From assembly GCF_963921235.1 (NCBI RefSeq), contig NC_086097.1, forward strand, positions 120,592,001 through 120,656,000: 64,000 bases of DNA, written 5' to 3'. Below, in pieces: positions 1-12,799 of this stretch (the stretch's first letter is position 1; every line of letters begins with the position of its first letter). The stretch comes from Mobula hypostoma (taxonomy: Eukaryota). The notes below the pieces were generated by a model, which saw only the letters and a program-made list of their open reading frames with translations, made no database searches and had not been told where the DNA came from. Made by a program: the position numbers and the translations under genes.

Positions 1-60
1 CCATGCAGAATATGACCCATTTATAACCACTCTGCCTTCTGTGGGCAAGCCCGTTCTGAA
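1..60 (-). mobile_element. CR1 LINE RT fragment, truncated by window start
   Basis: Reverse complement closely matches the CR1 segment at about 32846-32906 (WIQNWLAHRRQRVVVDGSYSAW region). Confidence 0.75.
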
Positions 61-1079
61 TTTCAATCAGCATTGTCTACCCATTGTTCAGAGTTGCATT
101 TTAGATTTAATCTTCAATGCATATTCAAATCTGAAGGTTTGCTTGCTGAAGTCAGTACTCTAATACTTTACGTCCTAACCCCAAAAACACTCTAACAAAC
201 CCTTTTCTTGGCTCTCCTAGACAAAATAAATTTGAAGCAGGAAAGCAAGACATTAAGAAGGATCTATGCCCTGCTTTGGAACCATCCCAATTACTTTACA
301 TGTATCTACATCTACCCTACTATCCATAATGGCTACCTACAAAATGCGAAGAAGAGAGATTGTTGCAGAAGTTTGAACAGCGGTCTTTAGAAATGCAGTA
401 TTATTCATATCTCTGTTGGCTCTTTCTCTGCTGGCCAATTGCAGCTTAATCACATTCTTTGTCTTCACCCATTTATTCTCTGACAGCTATAAAACTCATT
501 TTCCAGGGGCACCAGCAAGGTAAATGTATCAGGCTCACAGGACCTCTCATTGATGTACTGGAAGGTGTAGGAGTGGTCTTTATTTGAATGACTGGAAGGA
601 TCTCTCCCTGGTGGCATCCCTTTCCAAATTGTCCAGTCAATTGCTGGCCTAACCACTGAAAAGGCCAGGCTCATTTGTATTCACTCGCCATTCAGGCTGG
701 GGGTGACTGCCTTCATATGTCGTGTGCAATCTTTCTCTGTCTGCCATGCTATAGAAGTTGTGGAACCTGATGGCTTTGCTTTAACTTAAGTCCCTTCCCC
801 AATATCTATTCTATTCTATGCTATTCAACTAATTATCAACTTTCAGCACCAGCCTTCATTAGAAAATACTGTACCCAATACACATTAGCAAGCTATTCAT
901 GGGTTTCTGTCATGCTCTCTGTGTTTTCTGCCTTTGTGTTTGCTGTGGGTGTGTTTCCATCAGCTGTGATCAGGTGTGGCTGGCTGGTGTCAATCTCTCA
1001 GCTTCCCTGTAATTACACAGTCGCTGGGTACATTTGATCACCTGCTCTGTCTGTGAGGGCAACAGGAATATGGGTCGTA

Positions 1080-1720
1080 TGGTTTAACCTGAGTCCAGTG
1101 TTTCCACTGGCTGTCTCACAGAGTCTGCATACAGACACAAATGTTTTTTTGTACCATCTGTGGCCCTATACATCTGGGAGCAAACCCTGCCCTTTCAAGC
1201 AGCACCTTTACCATGGCTTCGTCACCCTGCTGTTTCCTGGTAATACATCAACCTATGACTTTCCTGTCTCAGTTATAGCTTTGGCTAAGGCATTCTTGAT
1301 TGTTCAATTCATCTTTTCTACCATTGCTGAACTCTGAGAGTGGTAGGGTACGTGGAACCGCTGTCAAATCCCTAACAGTCAGTATATTTCCTTCATCACT
1401 TTCCCTGTGAAATATGCTCTCTGATACGATTGCACCTGGACTCGGGTTCTCCACCTTGGGATGATTTCCTGAACTAGGATCCCTGTAGCTGTGCCAGCAG
1501 CGCAGTCCCTGGTTGAGTGAAGTTCTCCATAATTGCTAGACAGTAGCTTTTTCCCCTGCTTTTTGGCATGATGTCCCCTTGGCTGTGACTGGTTTGCCAG
1601 CTGTAGCTTTATGCCCTTACCAGGGCTACAATATGCTGGGCACAAATGATACCACAGTGGCAGAATTTCTCAAAATCCCCACCCAACCCTGACCACCACC
1701 AATCCTGCTGGAAGGTTGTG
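1080..1720 (-). pseudogene. int: ERV integrase remnant
   Basis: WWWSGLGGDFEKFCHCGIICAQH (end of HHCC); LVQEIIPRW...YFTGKVMKE and HVPYHSQSSAMVE (core); GDEAMVKVLLERAGFAPRCIGP and WKHWTQVK (C-terminal). Confidence 0.75.
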
Positions 1721-1729
1721 ACGATAAGA

Positions 1730-2345
1730 CAGTAAGACCAGAAGATATAGAAGCAAAATTAGCCATTTAGCCCATCGAGTATCCTCTCCTATTTCATCAT
1801 GGCTGATCCCTTTTCCCTCTCAGCCCCAATTCCCTGCCTTCTCCCCCCCCCACCCCATATCCCTTCATGCTCTGAACAATCAAGAATCTATCAACCTCTA
1901 CCTTATGTATACATACAGACTTGGCCTCCGCACCTGCCTGCAGCAATGAATTCCACAAATTCACCATTCTTTGGCTATAGATAAATTCCTCCTCATTTAT
2001 GTTCTAAAAGGATGCCCCTCTGTTTTGAGGCTGTGTCCCCAGTTCTTTGACTCTTCCACCATAGGAAACATCCTCTCCACATCCAATCTATAAAGGCCTT
2101 TCACCAGTTGATAGGTTTCAGTGAGGTCACTCCCCCATTCCTCTGAATTCCAGTGAATGCAGACCCAGAGCCATCCAATGCTCTTCATATGACAAGCTGT
2201 TTAATCCTGGAAGCATTTTTGTGAGCCTCCTTTGAACCCTTACTACTTTCAGCGCATTCTTTCTCCAATAAGGGGCCCAAAACTGCTCACAATACTCCAC
2301 ATGAGGCCTCACCAATGCTTTATAAGTCTCACATTAGATCCATGC
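1730..2345 (-). mobile_element. CR1 LINE 3' fragment sitting between ERV protease and integrase
   Basis: ORFs VRPHVEYCEQFWAPYWRK...VQRRLTKMLPGL and DLTETYQLVKGLYRLDVERMFP...GHSLK are the CR1 ORF2 C-terminus. Confidence 0.9.
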
Positions 2346-2520
2346 TTGTATACTGTAGCCTGTCGGGTTGTTGGCAAGGGTAGGTTAGTAATCGATACTG
2401 ATGCCCCTGTAGCAACTAAAATATTGCATTGCCGGCCCCCTAACAATGCTGTTGTGTACATCCACGGGTCACCAGGGTTGGCAGTGGGGACCGCTACCAA
2501 ATCTTTTTCTGACCTAGAAA
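2345..2520 (-). pseudogene. pro: ERV aspartic protease remnant
   Basis: GGRQCNILVATGASVSITN is a degenerate LVDTGA motif with the catalytic Asp replaced by Ala. Confidence 0.7.
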
Positions 2521-2639
2521 TCATCTTCACCAGCTCTATGATCTGATCGACAGTCAGACTGGTCAGACGGGGTGCTGATGTGGTGAGGAATTGCATGACT
2601 GCTGTGACTTTCACCTGTTTATCGTTCCTGTTCTTTGGA

Positions 2640-3323
2640 CACGGCTTTCTACCATGTCCAAATAGGCCACAACTGTAACATATCAACTCCTTTACCCTCC
2701 CATGTCTATTCCAGCAATTCCTTGCTACGTGTCCCAGCTGCCAGCAAACAAAGCAAACTCTCTATGACGTCACAGCAGCGGCATCCACTATAGCCACTTA
2801 ACAATTTCTCTTGTACTTCCTTTGGTCTATCTCACTGACACATGAAACTATCACAGAATAGGTCGACCCCACTGCTATCCCTAAATCTACGACTCCCTGG
2901 TGTGCTGAGCTCAGGCCTTCCTTCATCATCTTCAAGAAGACTTGGTCATCCCTCCCTGGATTATCCAACCCTGAATACTCCTCCTACGCTCAATATTTAG
3001 ATTCTGCATAATCCATGGCTGTCTCATCAGCTCTTTGAATCACTGCCATTATCATTCCCCACTTACTCTCACCTTCCTAGCTGTTGTCTCACTTCCCCTT
3101 TAAAAGAGTGATATCTTTCTTCATTGCTGGCATTCCTGATAGTTGCCCATGTACCATCCCACACCCCCTGGGAATTACTGCCCCCCATATTACTCGGGCG
3201 CTTTGCTTTTACCACCACGTGTACATCTTTGGGATACATCTGGTGCATTTCAAGCATTTCCTCAAGCTTGCACCAGAATTCTGAATTCACACAGGTGACT
3301 TTAAGTGAGGGCAACTCTGACAA
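2640..3323 (-). pseudogene. gag: ERV gag remnant with MHR-like segment and two CCHC zinc knuckles
   Basis: MHR-like QRADETAMDYAE (about 3003-3038); CFVCWQLGHVARNC (about 2714-2755); CYSCGLFGHGRKPC (start of ORF 2309..2686). Confidence 0.7.
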
Positions 3324-3932
3324 AATGCTTTGCTTCTCCCTGGGGTGAAGAGCTTATGAATGGTCATAATCAACGTCAAGGACTGGCTTGGGTCTTCAGG
3401 GTTCCTGACATGATGTTGCCTGACCTCATATATCCTGACAGATATATCTGAGTAAAATGCCTCCTGAAATATCTCCACACTATGCAAAGTATAAATGACA
3501 GATACCAGTTAAACTGTAGATACTTAAAATGACAGAGTATGTACTCCAAAATTTTGTCAGTCAAGCCACATCTGTGTGTGTGTGTGTATTTGTGTTGATG
3601 TGTGTATGTGCGTGTGGGTGGTGGCATAGGTGTGAGGAAAACAATTGTCAATATCTTGGGTTGAAATATGCATGAACAATTCCACTCACAGATTATTTGT
3701 TGTCTAGATTTCAGAATCTTTTCAGTCTCTTTTAAATTTTGTAAATTTAAGTAGATATTGAGAACCCTTCCCAAGAACAGTGGTGTCTATGACTAAAATG
3801 CGGAGGACTAAATTAAAGAGTAGGAAAGTTAAAGGGGATCTAAGGAAGATTTTGTTTACACAGTGAGTTGTTGATATATGAAATACACTGCCTGAGGGCT
3901 TAGTGAATGCAAAGCTTCTCCTAGCATGCGTA

Positions 3933-4150
3933 ACACATGCTGGAGGAACTCAGCAGGTCAGGCATCTATGGAGAGGAATGAAGAGCTGTCGTTTTTGGCC
4001 GAGACCCTTCATTAGGAATCAAATATTCTGATAAAGGTTTTGGCCTAAAATGTAACTTGTTATTCCTCTCCATAGATGCTGCTTGTCTTGCTGAGCTCCT
4101 CCAGCATTTTTAGGTTACTCTGGATTTCCAGCATCTCCAGAATCTTTTGT
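3933..4150. mobile_element. Old Penelope-derived pLTR fragment in inverted (hairpin) arrangement with decayed hammerhead cores
   Basis: About 85-bp imperfect inverted arms (atgctggaggaactcagcaggtcaggca... / ...tgctgagctcctccagcat), homologous to the elements at 31632 and 43051. Confidence 0.75.
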
Positions 4151-4762
4151 GTTTAAGATTTTCATAATATTTACATGAACTCTTGAAGTGCCATGCCAAA
4201 GAAGGGTAGGGGCTGAGTTTTGGAAAACACCATTAGTAAAGATAGCTCCATACTGAGCAGCACAGATACAAAGTTCCCCTTCAGATAGCGAAAATGCCAT
4301 TACTGTGTTTTAGGATACTGTGACGGAAACTGGGCATATTCTTTACCAAAGGTAGCTATGTTCAACTCTATAACATCACCTATCTTTGCCCAATGCATTA
4401 GTTACCTAAAGCTGAAAACCCTGCACACATCTCTAAAAAGAATCAGTTCATAGGATTATGTACAATGTGCAGGTAGCTGCCAGTATAAAATCCAAATCAG
4501 TTTGTGTAAATCTCTCAACTTGACTAATCAAATGTAATGAACATTATCACATTCTTCAGACAAGTTCAGCTTCATCTGCTCTGCCTCTATTCTGGTATGA
4601 ACAATCACTCCTAAACTCTGCTCACTAACCTGCTCTGGCAATGGGTTGACTAAAGGGTTCATCCTTGATTTTGAAATCTCTATAAACTTGCCATTCCCCG
4701 TCCCCTTTACCCTTCTCAACCCTTAGAGTCCTCTGTGTTCATCCTTTCCTGTCTCCTGCGTA

Positions 4763-5635
4763 CACTCAGTGACCACTTTATTAGGTACACCTATATACTT
4801 GCTTGTTAATGCAAATATCTAATCAGCCAATCATGTAGCAGCAACTCTATACATAAAAGAATGCTGACATGAACCATGAACAACATGGTTCAGTTGTTGT
4901 TCAGCCTAAGTGTCAGAATAGGGAAGAAATGTGATTTAAGTGACTTTGATCATGAAATGATTGTTGGCACCAGACAAGGAGGTTTGAGTATCTCAGAAAC
5001 TGTCAATATCCTGGGATTTTTGCATAAAACAGTTCTAAAATTTATAGAGAATGGTGAAAGAACAAAGCAAAAAAAAAAAAAAAATCCAGCGAGCAGCAGT
5101 TCTGAGGGCAAAAATGCCAAAAATGAGAGATCAGAGGAGAATGGCCAGACTGGTTCAAGCTGACAGGAAGATTACAATATCTCAGATAACTACACATTAC
5201 AACAATGGTGTGCAGAAGACCATTTCTGAATAAACAGCACATTGAACATTGAAATGGATGGGCTGGGCCAGCTGGTGGTGCAATGACATCAGCGCCGGAC
5301 TCTGGAACGGAGGTTCACGGGTTCGAACCCAGTCGGGTCCGCTCCCGGGTAGGCTTTCCATCCATGCTGGGTTCAGTGTCGAGATCGCAACTCGACCTCG
5401 TAAAATACAGAGGGAAAACTGCTGCAAACTGTCTGTGTGAGGAGTGGCACGTCACACAGTCTCTATCTTTCTCGCTCCGCGTCTTGTAAAGGCATGAAAA
5501 AGACATCATTCTGCCAACATTGCACATGCACGCACGCACGCAGATGCACATGCATGCATGCACACGGCTAAAAAAAAAGAAATGGATGGGCTACAGCAGC
5601 AGAAGACCATGAACATACACTCGGAGGTCACTTTA
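4763..5635 (+). mobile_element. Non-autonomous Tc1-like DNA transposon, interrupted by a SINE
   Basis: TA + CACTCAGTGACCACTTTATTAGGTACAC terminus; transposase N-terminal HTH GKKCDLSDFDHEMIVGTRQGGLSISETVNILGF. Related copies at about 9146-9432 and 41057-41845. Confidence 0.85.
5265..5578 (+). mobile_element. tRNA-derived SINE with 14-bp TSD
   Basis: A-box TGGTGCAATG, B-box GGTTCGAACCC (5320-5330), A-tail, and TSD GAAATGGATGGGCT at 5251-5264 and 5579-5592. Confidence 0.9.
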
Positions 5636-6199
5636 CATCTAATGAAGGGGCCACTGATTGCATGACCATTAGTGTCCACATCTGCAACTGACTTCACTGC
5701 TTTCACATCTCTCCAAAACTGCTTCTTAAACCTGCTTCTTAGACCAGGTTTTCTTATAATTGCCTAACCATATAAGCCCTTCCGTAACTCAACGCCAAAC
5801 TTCATTCTAAGAAACATCTTGGGATGCTATGCTCTAATGAGAGCATTCTGTGTATGCAACTTATGTTTATTACACTGACAGAAATCGGAATATCAGCAGC
5901 ATTTTTAAATAAATAAGCTAGGACATTTCCACAAGGCCACCATGGCAGTGAATTTTCAACTGAGTTCTGCAAAATTAAAATTGTTCTTCTTGACCAGTGA
6001 CTGTCTTTTAGATACATAAGCAGAATTCACTGGAAGACCCAAATTTAAAGTTATGCAGTAATATCACTTACATTATTTACTGCAAAACTGAAATAACTAA
6101 GAAGGTTACAGTTTCTTTACTGTGAAGCACAGATTGTAAAGAGCCAATCACAGCTCAGAATTAAATGTTTATTTATTTTTTTATCCACTCTGATCAATA

Positions 6200-6875
6200 T
6201 TCTATGATTATGAAGGAAGCACAGCAGCGCCTCTACCTCATTAGGAGTTTGCAGAGATTCGACGTCTAAAACTTTGACAAACTTCTCTGGATGTGTAGTG
6301 GAATATATATTGACTGGCTGGAGTGAAAACACTATTGCCTTTGAATGGAAAATCCTACAAAAAATAGTGGATCCAGCCCAGTCCATCATGGGTAAAGCCT
6401 TCCCCATTGAACACATCTACATGAAATGCGGTTGTAGGAAAGCAGCATCCATTATCAGAGAGCCCCACCACCCAGGTCATGCTCTCTTCTCGCTGCTGCC
6501 ATCAGGTAGAAGGTACAAGAGCGTCAGGACCCGCACCACCAGGTTCAAGAGCAGTCACTACCCCTCAACCATCAGGTCCTTGAATAAAAGGGGATATCTA
6601 TAGGCAACATCATTTGCCCCATCATTGAAATACTCCCACAACCAATGATTTCACTTTCGAGGACTCTTTATTTCATTATCTCATGTTCTTGTCATTTATT
6701 GCTATTTATTAATATGTGCACAGTTCGTTGTCTTCTGCACTCTGGCTGATCTATCATTGATCCTGTTATAGTTACTATTCTATACATTTGCTGACTATGC
6801 CCAGAGGAAAAATGAATCTCTCAGTTGTATATGGTGACATATATGTACTTCGATAATAAAAATTTGTTATGAACT
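6200..6875 (+). mobile_element. Rex1/Babar-type LINE 3' fragment
   Basis: ORF 6274..6603 contains ...RKAASIIREPHHPGHALFSLLPSGRRYKSVRTRTTRFKSS, followed by a 3'UTR shared with other copies in the window. Confidence 0.85.
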
Positions 6876-7520
6876 ATAATCAATAGTTTTGATTTTGTTA
6901 ACATAATTTTATTTGATGATCGCCTAGGAAGCTACACACAAACGTTTCTCCTCTCTGCTGACATTCTGTTTCTGATTCTAATTTTCTCCAATTACAATAA
7001 GAATGAGAAAAGAAATAGAGGCATGATTATGTATTTTGAAAAAAAATTGAAAGGCATTTGAGAAGTGCTACAAAAGATAGATGTGAATTCTCACCACCTG
7101 CTTTTCTGTGCACTAATTGTATGCATATTATCGTAAGTATTGTTTCATTTTAGAACTGGAGAAGCCAACATTCATCCTTGTTAATCTTTAAATGTGAAGC
7201 TATTTCTTGAGTAGATTGGATTGTATTTTAATGGTGAAGCTATCACTACAGGCTTTTCCCCATAAGATATTATCTAATGCTAATACTGTGTAAGCATTAG
7301 CTAACAGATTCAGATCTGTTTGATTTGTTCAGCTAGACAAAAAGCTGCTTACAAGATTAACATAATGTCATATTAATGATCAGTTCTTGAAGATACTCCA
7401 TTAACTATTTGTTTATTATTTTCTTCTACATACTTTCAATGATCCTTTTTCACTTACAGATTTTTAAGCCTAACCTAGAGACAGGGTCACCTCTTCCTTT
7501 GTTCAGGATAGGCAGTCTCC

Positions 7521-8430
7521 TGCCCTCGCAGCGTGTGCGTACAAAACAAGGCAAGGAGTTAAACACCTTTTCAAAAATCATCCAAGCCAGAAGCCGTCTT
7601 CAGGGTTTTTAATTAGGGATTTTGAAACTGCAGAACGTTAAGTAAAATATGTATTAGATACAATACAGAATGAAGGTTTATCTTCATTTGGGTTTGAATC
7701 TGAAGCAGAGGATGCAAGTTCAGGAGGAGGACTAGGTAAAAATTCAGTGTGAAGCGTGACAGGAAGCTGGTTCCTACCTTTGTCTGCTGCTTTGATTTCA
7801 TCCCCTGTGAGCAAACATGTCGTACTATTGGACTTGCACCAATGGTCAGTTCTTCAGTCAGTTTCCTAGAGAAATGGTCACCACAGTCTAGGTCAGCTGC
7901 TACTTCATACACCTTTGCTTCTGCTAAGGCAGCCTCAGCTTCATGCTCCTTCTTGAGTACCCTCAATGTAGCTTCCCCATGAGTTTTCTCCATGCATGTG
8001 CATGCTTTCCACCTGCTTTTTCAATTAGCCTTTCAATTTTGTGCTTAGCATACGCTGTCCTTGTTCTTGCTGCTTCAGCTCTGGTACGGGTTCATGCTGT
8101 AGCTATGCTAAATGTGGATTTGTTTGAGTGTTGTGAAGACATGATCAACGTACCATATTCCAACCTGACTTCTAGGGCTCGGCGAGCGAGGTTGCTGGGG
8201 TTGGAAGCTGACATTGCAGTGTATAGTATTTAGGGGTATCTCCAGTCCACAGGAGGTGCCTTTGAAGATGATTTATCTTTTCATTTCACTGTCTTGCAGT
8301 GCATTGTGTACAAAGCTAGGCAGGGAGTTAAACATCTTCTCAAAAATCACCAAGCAGGAAGATTTCTTGAGAAAACTTTTTGAAACTTCAATAAGTTAAG
8401 TAAAACATCTATTAGATTCAACGCAGATTT
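7521..8430 (-). mobile_element. Probable BEL/Pao LTR retrotransposon remnant (gag N-terminus between two LTR-like direct repeats)
   Basis: Ala/Glu-rich coil TRAEAARTRTAYA...EATLRVLKKEHEAEAALAEAKVYE resembles BEL gag. Imperfect direct repeats at about 7521-7670 and 8290-8430 both end in CA on the minus strand. Confidence 0.5.
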
Positions 8431-9145
8431 GTTACACACCTGAATGTATTAATATTATTGATCATTCTCATGATCGGCATTAGCTATGATATTGATTAGA
8501 GCAAGTTCATACTGCAATGTCAGCTTAATAGCAATGAATGATAAACATAACACTTCCTTCATGTATTTCTACTAAATGTTTACCAATGTTAAGAAAACTT
8601 AAGATTCACAGATATTGTTGTTTCAAGGGCAAGTAAAGAGTGGATGAGTCTGCCGGGTTTGCTTCAAGTCAAAATCCAAATTAACCTGCACAGAAAATGA
8701 TGTAAAAACCAGCTTACAAACAGGAAGTGATGTTTGTACAAAACAAATGGCATACAAAATGAACAACACCTCTTGAGGCCAGAACAGGCAGAAATAGAAC
8801 TAGTAAATAACTTGAAATATCTACTTAATTTATTAAAAATCACTTTAAGCTACCACCTCCACAGTTCATTTTTATAATCATGTTTGATAGGTACATCAGA
8901 TGTTTTTAGAAGTGAATAAGACCTTTGACTTAATATCTGCAGACACATGCTCAGTGAGAAAGGAAGATTATTCCGTCTTTCTTCATTTGAAAAGCTAAGT
9001 TAGAGCTGTTCCCTCTCATCACATATTAGCATTTGTCGCCACAGTCCTGGTTTGAACCAAGGGAGCTTTGTTGTTCCTAAGAAACTCTGGTTCTTTTGGA
9101 ATGAATTAATAACCTATAATCTCAGTTGCCACTTCACTAGGCGCT

Positions 9146-9432
9146 TTCTGTAGCTAATAAATTGACCACTGAGTGTATGTTCATGGTCTTCTTGTTGCTG
9201 TAACCCAGCCACCCATCCATTTCAAAGTTCCACATGTTGTACATTCCTAGTTGCACACCACTGTTGTAATGCATCCTTGTTTGAGTTACTACCACCTTCC
9301 TGTCAGCTTGAACGAGTCTGGCCATTCTCCTCCGACCTCTCTCAATAACAAGGCATCTTCACCCTCAAGATTGCAGCTCATGAATGTTTTTTCTGTTTTT
9401 TGCACCATTCTATGAAAATTCTAGAGACGGTT
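9146..9432 (-). mobile_element. Tc1-like non-autonomous fragment
   Basis: MARLVQADRKVVVTQTRMHYNSGVQ matches the 5051..5233 ORF; shared terminal motif. Confidence 0.8.
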
Positions 9433-9544
9433 CAAAGGTTCATTTAATATCAGAGAATAAATACAAGCTGAAACTCATATTCCTCACAGACATCCGCAAA
9501 ACAAGAACCCCATAGATTATTGTGCATGAAAATTGCAGAATATC

Positions 9545-9830
9545 TGCAGTTTCTGAAATACTCAAACTGCCCATTTGGGACCAAACATAAGGAGTTTGTA
9601 TGCTTAACTGTGACTACCTGCGTTTCCTCTAGATGCTCCGGTCTCCTTCCATGCTTCAAGGATGTACAATTAGAGTCAATATGTTGTGAGCGTGCTATGT
9701 TGATGCAGCAGTCTGGCGGTACTTGTGGACTGCCCTTAGCACAAACATTGCTGATTTTATTTGGCAAAATTGACACATTTCACTGTGTGTTTCAATGTAC
9801 TATATATGTGACAAATAAAGCAAATTTTTA
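9545..9830 (+). mobile_element. V-SINE (HE1-like), degenerate
   Basis: V-domain-like aaggagtttgtatg...cgtttcctctagatgctccggtctccttcc. Related copies at about 11475-11715(+), 26915-27170(-), 42000-42270(+), 42820-43900(-), 44010-44290(+), 49480-49975(-) and 56120-56390(-). Confidence 0.7.
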
Positions 9831-12342
9831 AATGTTTATGCTTCAGTAGCACACACTGCAGTTCAAAAATCGTATGAACCAACAGTACATTTTTACAATA
9901 GATTGGATTGAATGCAGAGTACAAAAGCATAAACTCAGAGATAAAACCCCAGAGTAGACTATGGAACTACCATTACTTCGTCCGAAAGAGAAAAAGGAAA
10001 TATTCAATTATAAGGCAATTATGCCAGGCGATGAAAAGAGCAACAACAACCAAAAAATATCAGAACAGTAAACACAAACAAATATAAAAATGGAGAATCA
10101 AATAGAGTCAGAACAAGGAAAAATGACAAAATAAAATTAAGCACTCTTTACCTGAATGCATACAGGCAGATGAATTAATGTCATAGATAGAAATATTATC
10201 TGACAGATGTAATGGACAATAGTTTGCAAGGTGACCAAAGTGATGAACATAATATTCAGAGATATTTGGTATTTTGGAAGCATAGGCAGAAGGAAAAAGG
10301 AGGTGGGCAGCTCTGTTAATAAATAATGAGGTCACTGAAGTGGAGAGGAATGATATTCGCTCTGAGCATATGATCTGGGATGGAGCTAACAAATAATAAG
10401 GGAAGAATCACTGCTCAGCATGGGCACTCTATTGCATCACAAAGGCACTATATAAATCAAATAAAATAGTGATGAAGTTATTTCTGTTATCTAGGGCAAT
10501 TTTAATTCATGCCATCGATTGAACAAATCAATGATTTTGTCGTTAAGGTTGGCTTTGATGGTGAGATCATTTATTGCATTGTGCATTTTCTTGAAAGAAG
10601 ATGTTGAGCATAAAGATGTAACTTGCAATCACAATAAAACTATTTGGTTAAGGGATCCTATTTATCTGCTTTCTTGTAAACTGCAAAGCTGAACAATGAG
10701 GCAAAAGAGCTGGAAAGACTCATTTCCTACGAGTCTATCAGACCACGTTATATTTCTTCCATTTAAACGTACCGTGGGTTAACAGTAAAGAAAACATTCT
10801 GGAAGAATTAGAGAACTTTTATTTACAATAATAAACAAACATGTCTTAACCCCACCACATGCTGAAACATTCTGGCAAACCCTGCAGATTCTCAGTGCTG
10901 TCCAGTCATGTACTGGCACATCACTGCACGTGGTATCAACACAGACCATACTTCACTCAAACCTTTGAGAATAAGGCTACAAATATGGTAATTCCAAATA
11001 GAACCATAAAAGTTTATAATGCAAGAAGATTCCACTTCTGACTATTAGCTGGTAACAAAATTATTCCCCTGTATCATCTATCATTTTTCCATTCCAGTAT
11101 ATATCAATATTACCTTTAAGATATGCTATTATTTTTTTCTCCCTTCAATCACTTCTTGTGGCAAAGTTTCCATGCTACGTGAACAGTTCAGGAAAAACGA
11201 TTTAGTCTGAAAGGAGTTTCTAATTTTTTTCATTAATTACAATAATTCATATTGACAGTAACAGATACAGACTAAATGGAGGTAATTTTCAATGAGTTAA
11301 CTAGCATTTGTAACCTCAGCAGGGTAATAATGATCTGCTCTAACCTTTTGTGGTGGCCGTATTCAGCATTTTGTAGCCTAATATTTAGCCTGAGGGTTTA
11401 TGCCTAATTTGGTCATCTCAACTAATAGATACTGAAGAGTGAGGGCCTTTTGGATCGGTTCATAATTCATTATAATTCCACTGCTGTTTGTAAGGAGTTT
11501 GTTCAGGTTTCCTTCAGGTGCTCCATTTTCTTGTCACATTCCAATGATGTACGGATAGGGATTAATAAGTTGTGGGCATGCTTATCGTCACCGGAAGCAT
11601 GGTGACTAATGGAGGCTGCCCTCAGATCATGCTTGGATGTTTTGGTCATTGATGCAGCAACACATTTCACTGTATGCTTCGATGTACATGTGATAAATAA
11701 AGCAAATCTTTAATAATTCATTATACTTCAGTAACACCCTTGGCTGTACAAATATCTTATGAAACACCAGTAGTCAACAATATGAGACGCATGTGAGGCC
11801 CAGTTAGTGCTTGCTGTCCCCTCCATTTTGTGAGGTACAAAGCAAAACATGGAGTTTGTTTTAGACCCAAGAGGTCACAAAAGCATAAGCGCCAATGTAG
11901 ACCATAGACCACATCACACAAGATCACCATGGACGACAGTGTCCCATACTGGTGTCGCACATCTGGAAGGGCACTGTAAATCCAAGACAGCAGAGAACTT
12001 GGTGGTAAACTGAAGTGTACAGAGAATGAACAGTAATTTTGGAAGGGTTTTTGTTCTCCTTTTGCTCACATTTTTCACTTTTAAATGACACTATAAATTT
12101 GCTATAACTGTGTTAAGAGTAAGTAAATCACAATAAGGATTGTCTCCCACTTGAAACATGTTTCTTTGATTTATTGATGTTCCCTTTTTGTTAAGTTGAA
12201 TCACTGACTATTTTCTGGTGTTTTAAAAAGACAGACTAAAAACTAATCTGATCTATTATCACTGCCAATCAGTTAAGGACCCAGTGGTTCAGCAGCAGAT
12301 GATTTCCCATGGAATCTGACATATGAAAACCAGTCCAGGATA

Positions 12343-12793
12343 CCAGGAGTGATTGATAAGTTTGTGGCCTGAGGTCGAAGGAGTCAATTTTAGAAAACCT
12401 AGCACATTTATTTTTCAACATAGTCCCCTCCTGTATTTAGTCCAGCGGTCGTGGAGCATATGGATCTTGGACCTCCGGAAAGTGTCAAGTTTGTGGCCTA
12501 AGGTAGAAGGAGATGAGTTATACAGCTCTCGTTACATGCACATGCAGGTCAACTCTTTGAGTGATTATGCGGAAAGTTTGAAGGTAATAACTCATCTCCT
12601 TCTACCTTAGGCCACGAACTTGTCAATCACCCCTGATGTGGACACTTTCTGAAGGTCCAAGATCCGTACGCTCCACGACCGGTGGACTAAGTGTGTAAAT
12701 GTTGGAGGGAGGCTATGTTGAAAAATAAATGTGCTAGGTTTTCTAAAATTGACTCCTTCTACCTTAGGCCACAAACTTATCAATCACCCCTCG
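12343..12793. mobile_element. Mariner-derived palindromic MITE with nested inverted repeats
   Basis: Left TA; outer arms about 12343-12487 / 12641-12793; inner arms about 12488-12521 / 12588-12635. The outer arm encodes the mariner transposase C-terminus LHDRWTKCVNVGG.YVEK*. Confidence 0.8.
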
Positions 12794-12799
12794 CATGTC

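Larger units (their letters stand above)
1060..3330 (-). mobile_element. Decayed endogenous retrovirus remnant: gag - protease - [CR1 insertion, RT/RNase H missing] - integrase
   Basis: Retroviral domains occur in colinear order on the minus strand with many stops and frameshifts. No LTRs were recognised. Confidence 0.75.

Noticed and set aside
5265..5340. tRNA gene
   Set aside because: The A/B boxes belong to a SINE head with a body, A-tail and TSD; no full cloverleaf.
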